64,000 bases of DNA. Origin: Chrysomallon squamiferum (taxonomy: Eukaryota; Animalia; Mollusca). The translations under genes and the position numbers were made by a program. Below are positions 14,198 through 24,740 of the stretch, one piece after another (position 1 is the stretch's first letter; every line of letters starts with the position of its first letter). The DNA lies in the NCBI GenBank assembly GCA_012295275.1, contig CM022665.1, positions 42,656,001 to 42,720,000 on the forward strand. Direction: 5' to 3'. Below the pieces are notes generated by a model that was given only the letters and a program-made list of their open reading frames with translations, was not told the origin of the DNA and ran no database searches.

Positions 14198-14262
14198 ATG
14201 AATTTCTTAAGAAAATCTTTTTTCTCTCGAAAGAGGAAAAAGAAAGAATATCATCCAACCAA
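14198..14262 (+). CDS. Micro-exon gene, coding exon 1 (MNFLRKSFFSRKRKKKEYHPT; ends phase 2)
   Basis: GCAAAG-ATG (A at -3); donor CAA|GTAAGA; phase matches exon 2. Confidence 0.6.
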
Positions 14263-14873
14263 GTAAGATTTTCAGTGTAATTTATGTATTTACTTATGCA
14301 TTTTATAACACGTCAAAATTCATTATGTGGCATACATTTACATGTAACCTTGCAGTTTAGGTTCGATAAATATTTTGCTATGATTTATAACTGTTGCTAC
14401 GAAAACACTACATGTTTGTGGTCAAACCAGTCAATGCCGACAACGCGAAGATTTAAACTGCATGATTACCGATTTATATTCATATTTGATTTTATAAATC
14501 AACTATTAATACAATTTATTATCTAGTGCGTTCTCTGATCATTCAAACTTTTAGATATTAAAATTAGGAATTTATGTGATTGTTTTAATAACGAGTTACT
14601 GTTACTAGTATCACTATCACCATGACTCCACTTTTAAAAGATTCCTCAACTTTAATCGAAGCACTGAGATTCATAATTAGTTTCAATATTAGGCTATGCT
14701 ATCGGATTTAAACGGCGAACGGGTGAAGGGAGATAACTTTGTTCATCCTACTTACAGTGTTATGCCAAGACATTTGTAGAGTTCTCTTTGAATTTCAGCT
14801 AAGTCTACGAAATGCAGGGATTTTACAGCCCTACTTTTTAATTATAATCTAACAGACTATACCTCTAACAATC

Positions 14874-14910
<37 letters not shown>

Positions 14911-15080
14911 TTTTTTTTTTTTTTTTTTTTTTACAAGTGACTATGTATTCTTCCCGGAAGGGTATGAGAAAGTAGGCATTGGAGACACAACTCAGGTATG
15001 TTTTATTTGTATTTTTCAATTTTAATACTTTTTCCAAATTAATTCAGAACATCTTTGTGAAATTCATAACTTGGTATAAA

Positions 15081-15124
<44 letters not shown>

Positions 15125-15145
15125 AAAAATAAAATAAAAAAATAA

Positions 15146-15211
<66 letters not shown>

Positions 15212-18200
15212 TATGTTAATTATTAAACGTTTCAATGATTTCAGTATCAACAACAATACTAATAATAAAAATATTTTCGATTGTTAAATTATTTCCAAAT
15301 TTTAATTTTATTCTTATCTGTTGTTTTCAGAATAACACCAACATTTTTGAAATCTTTGGTGGGTATTTAATTAAGTTTACAATATAGAATTTCTTTAGTC
15401 ACAATATATACTGCACATGTATTTCAATGTTTGTTTAATAATGTCAAAAAAAATCTATGAAATAATTTGTAGTTTGGTATAAATTATTTTAAATTCATAT
15501 ATATAACATTCTAATACAAATTTGCACATTTTAATATTGTGTAATGGATGTTTATTCTGAATTTTGAAATTTTAAATATCAGTTTATCTCTCTGGTAATT
15601 ATATTTTCAAAATGTTATCTAAATTGTGTAAATCTTGTAGATTTCACATGTCCAGTGACCAAGACATCTCAAGACTTTGAACACACCCCGGTAATTATCA
15701 CTTTAATATTCTTTTCTTTGTAATTTATATATATTTTTTCATCTTCTTTATTTCTTTTATTTACTTACTTATTTTAACTCTATATATATTCTTTCTTTTT
15801 GGGAGATTTCTTTTCATTAAATGCATGAATTTATTATCATTAGTATTAATTGTTTTATTTAATAGTAATTTTAAGTGTTAAATGAATTTTTATTTCATTA
15901 TTATTACTGTTTTCTTTTTCCTAATTACAAGGAACACTTTAACTAAGAATGTCAATAAAACTCGTAACTGTTTGTTGTTAACTAATTTGATATGCATCAT
16001 TTCAGGATAATACAGGTGCGAGGGAGGAGGAAGAAGACCTCATTGTAAGTTTCAAACATTAATGTGATGAAAACATTCGGTTGTTACATTTTATTTTATT
16101 ACACTGTCCTTACAAAATCCTGTATTAATATTCTCTACTAAATCATCTAATACATATTTATTTAAAACAGACTGAACTTTAATTTATAACTCTGAAATAT
16201 AAAAACATAATATAGTTTAAAACCTCAGTCATATTTCCCACCAACAGCATAGTTACCTGACTCCATCATTGAAATTAAAACAACTTTAAATCATTTAAAA
16301 TGCTAAGAAAGAAATTTTAAAACTTACAAAAATAAAATGAATTCTGTAATTTCACTTTCCAGTTCTATATTGAAATTGATGGCTACACTCCACCGACCGG
16401 TGAGTATTTTTAATCAACCTATTCGTGCACATTTACTGTACACCAATGTTTTAACAGACACCTTGCAATGATAAACAACTAAAATAATGTACATATCTAT
16501 TCTTTAGAAAATGAAAGAAATTATCATTCCAGTGTTCAAATGATTATTCTACTTAATTACCTACAAGGTACAAGATACTAAAATTGTGGCACTATATGTT
16601 TCTTTATAAATCATTGACAGTTGCAAACAATATAAAACCATATTTTAAGTCTATATTGTCTAATCTGATCCAAATTCTAAATTATTTTAAGAAAAAAACT
16701 TCTTATAAACTAACATGAAAAAATGGATTAAAATATTAAACAAAGTCCTGTAATCAATATTTTGTAATGATTAAGAAAAATTATTGTATGAAAGTGAAAC
16801 TCCTTTTATTTTATTACTTAATTATTTTTTATTTTCTATTTTTTTAAAGCACCATACATTCCCGATTTTGACATTTCTAATGAAACTACCAATTGTAGTG
16901 CACCCTTCCATGTGACGGTTAGTATTTGCACTTTAGTTGTTAATCAATAAAATTGTTCTGTCATTTACAACTGAAGGTTTTCCATAATATCAGAAAAAAA
17001 AAAAAAAGGAAACAACAGCAACCAAAAAATAATAATAATAATAATAAAATAAATAAATAAATAAACTAAAATTTTAAAAAGTAAATAAAGACTAGTTAAT
17101 GGTGGTGTTTAATGTCAGCATCCCCCTTAGAGATTGTGCTAGACCATTTATTGTGGCTGATATTTGAGATACACAGGATCAGTTCTACTTACCTCCATTT
17201 CCCAATCCAGTCACAGCCCCATTACTCATTTATGAAGAATACAGAATCCCTATGGAAAGATGGCTTTAAAATCTCCTTTTAGTCAGTAAGCATATGGTGT
17301 ATTGTCTGTAGTTTTCCTTTGCTGACCTCTGTAAAATAAAAATATAATTTACTCCATTCATTCATTTTTTTTTAATTGTGAAACTAAAACAAACCTAAAA
17401 AATCTCAGTATAGTTTATTCCTTTATTAAATTTTATGAAAAATTCTATTTATATTTTATATTTCATGACACTAATATTAAGATTTTATATTAATGTGTGT
17501 AAAGTGTAATGATACAAAAGTATAATGTTAAATGTGTTTTGGTCTCTTTATTCAGACTCCACAGATAGGAGAACATGAAAGAAGGGTGTGTACAGCTTTT
17601 AACTCTAGAATTATCATTATTATTAAATGTCTTACAGAATACTTTATATAAAACTAAGTGAAGACAATGAATGCCAATAGTTAATTAAAGTGTTCATAAC
17701 TACATCCACTGCAATCTCCTATATTGTTTATTTTCAGTTTGTTTGGCAGTGAATAACACTCTGTTGATGACACATGTTAACTGTTCATATGAATATGAGT
17801 AATGAGTCATACATAATTCTCAAGTTTACTAAAAAATAAATAAATAAATTTGGAAATAAAGATAAAAAGGAAAAAGAAAAGAATAAAGTTTTATTATCAT
17901 CAATTATTACGTATTATATATTATTATAATTCTCTTTCCTTAATATTAAGAAAGTTTGGCCTCATTTTACTTACAGGTCCACTCCTCTGAAAAAAACACC
18001 GATCATGAGTGAGTTACTACTAAAAAGTCTTAATTATTGTTATTAAGAAACAAACAAAAAACGACAAGTAATCATTAACATCAATCAGATAAAGTAACTA
18101 TTAACATAAGAATAGGAAAATGTATTTCTTTGCCATTTGGAAAACATATTGGCAGTAATTTGTTTTATATGTTATTAAATCTTGGTTTGTCATGTTACTA

Positions 18201-18512
18201 TTTTAAAAGCTTTATTATCAAAATTACTTTGATTTAAATATTTGATTCATGTTTCTTAGAAGTGTATCTTTGCCTCAAATAAACTGTTTAATAAATAAAT
18301 ACAGTTACAAAAGGTAAAGAGTTTGACAACAAAAGGTGTTCTTATTATTATTATTTCAAAATAGATGGTTTATCTTTTTGGTATTTTGCAGCTTTCATCC
18401 CGACCAAAACATAAACGCACCTTTCAATGAGTTGGTTAGTATATGCACATTAGTTGTTAATAAATAAAATTGTTTTGTCATTTACAACTTAACATTTTCC
18501 ATAATATCAGAG

Positions 18513-18550
<38 letters not shown>

Positions 18551-20260
18551 ATAATAATAGTAGATAAATAAATAAATAAATAAATTTTAAAAAGTAAAAT
18601 AAAGACAAGTTAATGGTTGTGTTTAATGTGAGCATCCCACTTAGAGATGTTTGCTATTTTTTGTGGCTGAGATTTGAGATATACAGGATCAGTTCTACTT
18701 ACAGCCATTTCCCAATCCAGTCACAGCCCTATCATTCATTTATCAAGAATATTGAATCTCTGTGGGAAAATGCCTTTTAAATATCTCCTTTTAGTCAATA
18801 AGCCCATGCTGTATTGTCTGTAGGTTTTCTTTCCTGACCTCTGTAAAATAAAAATATAATTTACTCAATTCATTCACTTTTTCTTTATTGTGAAACTAAA
18901 AGAAAGATTTCGGGATAGTTTATTCCTTTATTAATGTTTACAAAAGATTCTATTTAGATTTTATATTTCATGATGCTTATATTAACATTTTATATTACTT
19001 TGTTCATTAATGTGTGTAAAGTGTAATGATAAAAATGGAACATGTTAAATGTGCTTTTGTCTCTTTATCCAGACTCCTCAGACAGATGAGAAGAAAAGAA
19101 AGGTGTGATATAACTTTTTAACATCTAGAAATATTGTTATTATTAAATATCCTATAGAATACTTTACATATATGTAAGTGATCAGGATGGATGCCAAGAG
19201 TTAATTAAAGAGAGTCTGTACACTTTCAAAATGTATGTGTTCAAAGCTACATCCACTGCAATCTGGTATTTTCCTTATTTTCAGTTTCTTTGGCACTGAA
19301 TAACACTGTAGAGATGATAGTTGTTAACTGTACATATAAATATCACTAATAACTCAATCCTGAAATGTAGTACAAAAATAAATAACCAAGTTATAAAATA
19401 AAGAAATCAAAAAAAGGAAAAAGAAAAGAATAAACTCCTACTGTCATCAATTAATACATATTAGATATTATTATATATATCTTTCCTTAATATTAACAAA
19501 ATCTATCCTCCGAAAAGAATATTTGAAAGTAACAAAATTTATTAAGTCTCCAATTTCAATTTTCATTTTACTTACAGGTCCACTTCTCTGGGGAAAACAC
19601 CATACACAAGTAAGTTACTATTCATATATCTTAATTAATGTTATTAACAAACAAAACAAACAGAAACAAAGTAACCATTAAGAAGAATCAGATAAAGTGA
19701 CTGTTGACATAAGCATAGGAAAATGTATTTTTCTGTCATTTGAAAAAGAATCATTGGTACTAATTTTCTGACATGTTATTAGATCTTGACTTGTCATGTA
19801 ACTATTTTGATATCTTTATTTAATAACAAAATACTTTGGTTTAAATATCTGGTCCATGTTTCTTAGAAGCGTATCTTTCCCTCAAACAAACTGTTTAATA
19901 AATAAATACACATACAAAAAGCGAAAGAGTATAAGAACAAAATGTGTTCTTTTATTATTTATTTATTTGTTTGTTATAATAATTATTATTATTATTATTT
20001 ATTTATAAACATATGGTTTATCTTTATTGGTATTTTGCAGGTTTCATCCTGACCAAAAAATTAAGTCCACACCACTGCAACAGCTATTTCGTGTTTTTTG
20101 CCTGTGTATGTATAAAGAAGAGAAATATTACATATTTTGTAAATCGTTCATTATTCTAATCATCCATCCAGTATTTTCTTTACAAGCAACTGAACCTAAA
20201 ACAAATCCCATACATGCAACAGATAACAGAAATGTACATATCCCCCTACAATACAATTAG
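14198..20260 (+). CDS. Predicted micro-exon gene (13-14 exons) encoding an unknown, probably disordered ~216-243-aa protein with a candidate PP1-docking RVxF motif
   Basis: join(14198-14262,14938-14995,15331-15358,15641-15690,16006-16044,16363-16399,16850-16917,17556-17585,17977-18008,18392-18434,19073-19102,19578-19609,20041-20260, possibly with an 81-nt intron at 20106-20186). All introns are GT..AG and phases match at all 12 junctions with no stop. Translation: MNFLRKSFFSRKRKKKEYHPTNDYVFFPEGYEKVGIGDTTQNNTNIFEIFDFTCPVTKTSQDFEHTPDNTGAREEEEDLIFYIEIDGYTPPTAPYIPDFDISNETTNCSAPFHVTTPQIGEHERRVHSSEKNTDHDFHPDQNINAPFNELTPQTDEKKRKVHFSGENTIHKFHPDQKIKSTPLQQLFRVFCL... Confidence 0.75.
14938..14995 (+). 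CDS. Micro-exon gene, exon 2 (58 nt; DYVFFPEGYEKVGIGDTTQ)
   Basis: Poly-T..ACAAG| acceptor; CAG|GTATGT donor; the only open frame is phase 2 to 0. Confidence 0.7.
15331..15358 (+). CDS. Micro-exon gene, exon 3 (28 nt; NNTNIFEIF)
   Basis: TTGTTTTCAG| acceptor; TTG|GTGGGT donor; phase 0 to 1. Confidence 0.7.
15641..15690 (+). CDS. Micro-exon gene, exon 4 (50 nt; DFTCPVTKTSQDFEHTP)
   Basis: TCTTGTAG| acceptor; CCG|GTAATT donor; phase 1 to 0. Confidence 0.7.
16006..16044 (+). CDS. Micro-exon gene, exon 5 (39 nt; DNTGAREEEEDLI)
   Basis: CTAAT branch-like motif, CATTTCAG| acceptor; ATT|GTAAGT donor; symmetric phase 0. Confidence 0.78.
16363..16399 (+). CDS. Micro-exon gene, exon 6 (37 nt; FYIEIDGYTPPT)
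   Basis: TTTCACTTTCCAG| acceptor; CCG|GTGAGT donor; phase 0 to 1. Confidence 0.8.
16850..16917 (+). CDS. Micro-exon gene, exon 7 (68 nt; APYIPDFDISNETTNCSAPFHVT)
   Basis: Long T tract..TAAAG| acceptor; ACG|GTTAGT donor; phase 1 to 0. Confidence 0.72.
17556..17585 (+). CDS. Micro-exon gene, exon 8 (30 nt; TPQIGEHERR), module copy 1
   Basis: TCTCTTTATTCAG| acceptor; AGG|GTGTGT donor; phase 0 to 0; paralogous to exon 11. Confidence 0.7.
17977..18008 (+). CDS. Micro-exon gene, exon 9 (32 nt; VHSSEKNTDH), module copy 1
   Basis: TTTTACTTACAG| acceptor; TGA|GTGAGT donor; phase 0 to 2; paralogous to exon 12. Confidence 0.75.
18392..18434 (+). CDS. Micro-exon gene, exon 10 (43 nt; DFHPDQNINAPFNEL), spans the duplication junction
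   Basis: TATTTTGCAG| acceptor; TTG|GTTAGT donor; phase 2 to 0; 5' half matches exon 13, 3' half matches the end of exon 7. Confidence 0.75.
19073..19102 (+). CDS. Micro-exon gene, exon 11 (30 nt; TPQTDEKKRK), module copy 2
   Basis: TCTCTTTATCCAG| acceptor; AAG|GTGTGA donor; phase 0 to 0. Confidence 0.7.
19578..19609 (+). CDS. Micro-exon gene, exon 12 (32 nt; VHFSGENTIH), module copy 2
   Basis: TTTTACTTACAG| acceptor; CAA|GTAAGT donor; phase 0 to 2. Confidence 0.78.
20041..20260 (+). CDS. Micro-exon gene, exon 13 / terminal region (KFHPDQKIKSTPLQQL...; 3' structure uncertain)
   Basis: TATTTTGCAG| acceptor, phase 2; frame open to TAG at 20258-20260. A possible internal intron 20106-20186 (TGT|GTATGT..TACAAG|) keeps the frame; another acceptor at 20410 is unassigned. 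Confidence 0.5.
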
Positions 20261-20454
20261 TATATAAAAACAAGATATTTACTCATATATAATTATTAGA
20301 TAAAATCAATACATTTACTTTGAACAGTTTATTATACAAATGTGTTTCAACTAGTAACTTCATTATCACTGGAGTGGGCTTAAATATTCATTCATTTGTT
20401 TGTTTTACAGACCACTAAGGAAACCAGAACAATTAGGAAAAAGGACACGACTGG

Positions 20455-23400
20455 TTTTATACATTATAGTTTTTTGATTGAATTTAATTTTTTGTAAATA
20501 ACAAAAGAAATACAATTAACCTTGTTATTATTATGAAAAAAAAAAAAAAAAAAAAAAACTCTAAATATTTATCTCATTACTTTTCTAATTAAATATAATT
20601 GTTTTGTAAATAACAAATAAAATACAATTAAACATTTTATTATTGTAAAATAAAAAAATAAAAACCAATGTAAATATGTATACATAGCTTTTTGATTAAA
20701 TATAATTGTTTTGTAAATAACAAATCAAATACAATTAAACATTTTATTATTGTAAAAAAAAAAAAAAAAAATAAAAACCAATGTAAATATGTATACATAG
20801 TTTTTTGATTAAATATAATTGTTTTGTAAATAACAAATCAAATACAATTAAACATTTTATTAGTGTCAAAAAAAAAAAAAAAACAACAATGTAAATATGT
20901 GTATCTACTAGTTTTTGATTAAATATAACTATTTTGTAAATAACAAATGAAATACAATGAAACTTTTTATTAGTGTAAAAAAAGGAGAACACTTTAGATG
21001 TGTACATACTCGTTTTTGATTAAATTTAATTGCTTTGTAAATAACAAATGAAATACAATTAAACTTTTTATTAGTGTAAAGAAAAAATATAAATATGTGT
21101 ACATACAAATTTTTGGATTCAGTATAGTTTTTGTAAATAACAAATCAAATATGATTAATTTTATAATAATACAAAGATAAAACACTTTAAATGTGTACAT
21201 ACTAGTTTTTGATTAAATTTAATTGTTTTGTAAATAACAAATAAAATACAATTAAACTTTTTATTATTGTAAAATAAAAAAATAAAAACCAATGTAAATA
21301 TGTATACAAAGTTTTTTGATTAAATATAATTGTTTTGTAAATAACAAATCAAATACAATTAAACATGTTATTAGTCAAAAAAAAAAACAAAAAAAAACAA
21401 CAATGTTAATATGTGTATCTACTAGTTTTTGATTAAATATAACTATTTTGTAAATAACAAATGAAATACAATGAAACTTTTTATTAGTGTAAAAAAAGGA
21501 GAACACTTTAGATGTGTACATACTCGTTTTTGATTAAATTTAAATTTTTTTAAAAATAACAAATGAAATACAATTTTTTTTTTATTAGTGTAAAGAAAAA
21601 ATATAAATATGTGTACATACAAATTTTTGGATTCAGTATAGTTTTTGTAAATAACAAATCAAATATGATTAATTTTATAATAATACAAAGATAAAACACT
21701 TTAAATGTGTACATACTAGTTTTTGATTAAATTTAATTGTTTTGTAAATAACAAATAAAATACAATTAAACTTTTTATTATTAAAAAAAAAAAAAAAAAT
21801 GTAATGTATAAAAGTTTTTTATTAAATATAATTGTTTTTTAAATCACAAATTAAATATAATTGTTTTTGTAAAATAACAAATCAAATACAATTAAACATT
21901 TTAAAAAAAAAAAAAAAAAACAACAATGAATATGTGTATCTACTAGTTTTTGATTAAATATAACTATTTTGTAAATAACAAATGAAATACAATGAAACTT
22001 TTTATTAGTGTAAAAAAAGAGAACACTTTAGATGTGTACATACTCGTTTTTGATTAAATTTAATTGCTTTGTAAATAACAAATGAAATACAATTAAACTT
22101 TTTATTAGTGTAAAGAAAAAATATAAATATGTGTACATACAAATTTTTGGATTCAGTATAGTTTTTGTAAATAACAAATCAAATATGATTAATTTTATAA
22201 TAATACAAAGATAAAACACTTTAAATGTGTACATACTAGTTTTTGATTAAATTTAATTGTTTTGTAAATAACAAATAAAATACAATTAAACTTTTTTTAT
22301 TATTGTAAAATAAAAAAATAAAAACCAATGTAAATATGTATACAAAGTTTTTTGATTAAATATAATTGTTTTGTAAATCACAAATCAAATACAATTAAAC
22401 ATGTTATTAGTGTCAAAAAAGAAAAAAAAAAAAAAACAACAATGTTAATATGTGTATCTACTAGTTTTTGATTAAATATAACTATTTTGTAAATAACAAA
22501 TGAAATACAATGAAACTTTTTTATAAAAAAAAAAAAAAAAAAATTGTTTAAGATGTATACATAATTAAATTTAATTGTTTTTTTGTAAATAACAAATGAA
22601 ATACAATTACTAGTTTTTTTTATTAGTGTAAAAAAAAAATATAAATATGTGTACATATACTTTTTTTTTTTGGATTCAGTATAGAAATTTTTTTAAATAA
22701 CAAATCAAATATTATTAATTTTTATTAATACAAAGAAAAACATTTTTAAATGTGTACTTTAAATGTGTACATACTAGTTTTTGATTAAATTTAATTGTTT
22801 TGTAAATAACAAATCAAATAAAATAAAACATTTTATTAATGTAAAAAAAAAAAAAAAAAAAAAAAAACAATGGAATTATGTGTATCTACAAGTTTTTGAT
22901 TAAATATAATTGTTTTGTAAATAACAAATGAAATACAATGAAAATTTTATTAGTGTAAAAGAAAAATGAAAATATGTGTACATTCTAGTCTTTTGATTGA
23001 ATATAATTTTTTTAAAATAACAAATGAAACACAATTAATTTTTTAATATTACAAAGAAAAAGACAGCTTTAAATGAAATAAAATTAAACTTCTTATTATT
23101 GTAAGAAAACGAAACCTGTAAATATGTGGATATACTAGATTTTTATTAAATTTAATTGTTTTGTAAATAACAAATGTAATACAATTAAACTTTTTATTAC
23201 TGTAAGAGAAAAACCTGCAAATATATGTATATACTATTTTTTTTGATTAAATATAATTGTTTTGTAAATAACAAATGAAAAAGAATGAAACTTTGCATTA
23301 GTGTAAAGAAATGTAAATATGTGTACATACTAGTTTTTGATTAAATATAATTATCTGTAAATAACAAATGAAATAGAATTAAAGTTTTTCTTATTGTAAG

Positions 23401-24740
23401 AAAATAACCACTGTAAATATGTGTATATACTAGTTTTTTATTTATTAAAAATAATTGTTTTGTAAATAACAAATTAAATAGAATTAAACTTTTTATTATT
23501 GTAAGAAAATAACCATTGTAAATATGTATATATACTAGTTTTTTGTTTAAATATCATTCTTTTGTAAATAAATGAAATACATTGAAAGTTTATTAGTGTA
23601 AAATAAAAAATGTAAATAAGTGTACATACTTTTTTTTGATTAAATATAATTTTTTGTAAATTACAAATAAATACAATTAGTTTTTTTAATAGGACAAAGA
23701 AAAACACTTTCAATGTGTACATACTAGTTTTTGTTTAAATTTAATTGTTTTGTAAATAACAGATCAAATTACAATTATACTTTTTATTATTGTAAGAAAA
23801 CAAAACCTGTAAATATGTATATATACTAGTTTTTTTAATTAAATATAATTGTTTTGTAAATAACAAATTAAATAGAATTGAACTTCTTATTATTGTAAGA
23901 AAACAAAACCTGTAAATTGTGGATATACTATATTTTTGATTAAATTTAATTGTTTTGTAAATAATAAATTAAATAGAATTAAACTTCTTATTATTGTAAA
24001 ACAAAACCTGTAAATATATGGATATACTAGATTTTTTATTAAATATAATTGTTTTGTAAATAACAAATGTAATACAATTAAACTTTTTATTACTGTAAGA
24101 GAAAAACCTGCAAATATATATATATATACTTTTTTTTGGATTAAATATAATTGTTTTGTAAATAACAAATGAAAAAGAATAAAACTTTGCATTAGTGTAA
24201 AAAAATGTAAATATGTGTACATACTAGTTTTTGATTAAATATAATTTTCTGTAAATAACAAATGGAATAGAATTAAACTTTTTATTATTGTAAGAAAATA
24301 ACCACTGTAAATATGTGTATATACTAGTTTTTTATTTATTAAATATAATTGTTTTGTAAATAACAAATTAAATAGAATTAAACTTTTTATTGGTGTAAAA
24401 AAAAAAAAAAAAATGTGAATAAAAATATAAACGTGTACATACTAGTTTTTTGTTTAAATATAATTTTTTGTAATAACAAATGAAATGCAATTAATTTTTT
24501 TTTAGTACAAAGAAAAAACCACTTTAAATGTGTACATAGTAGTTTTTGATTAAATTTAATTGTTTTGTAAATAACAAATGAAATACAATTAAACTTTTTA
24601 TTACTGTAAGAAATATGTGTATATACTAGTTTTTTGATTAAATTTAATTGCTTTGTAAATAACAAATGAAATAGAATTAAACTTTTTATCAGTGTAAAAA
24701 AAAGAAAACACAAAGAAAAACAATGTAAATGTGTAAAGAA
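20455..24740. repeat. Extremely AT-rich satellite, ~100-120-bp monomer, with higher-order structure
   Basis: Core TGTGTACATACTAGTTTTTGATTAAAT(A/T)TAATTGTTTTGTAAATAACAAATGAAATACAATTAAACTTTTTATTA repeated roughly 40 times; the variant GAGAACACTTTAGATG recurs at ~517-bp spacing (identical ORFs at 20994-21200 and 22028-22234). Confidence 0.92.

Larger units (their letters stand above)
16900..20060 (+). repeat. Tandem segmental duplication (~1.5 kb + ~1.65 kb) containing three micro-exons per copy
   Basis: 16900-18416 aligns with 18417-20060 throughout, e.g. CAGGATCAGTTCTACTTAC..TTCCCAATCCAGTCACAGCCC and CTGACCTCTGTAAAATAAAAATATAATTTACTC occur in both copies. Confidence 0.9.

Noticed and set aside
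20455-24740. CRISPR-like repeat/spacer look and the many minus-strand ORFs (MYTFKVFY..LLFTK..)
   Set aside because: Linkers are related, recurring A-rich variants rather than unique spacers; the monomer is too long; the context is eukaryotic with no cas genes. The ORFs are by-products of an AT-rich satellite.
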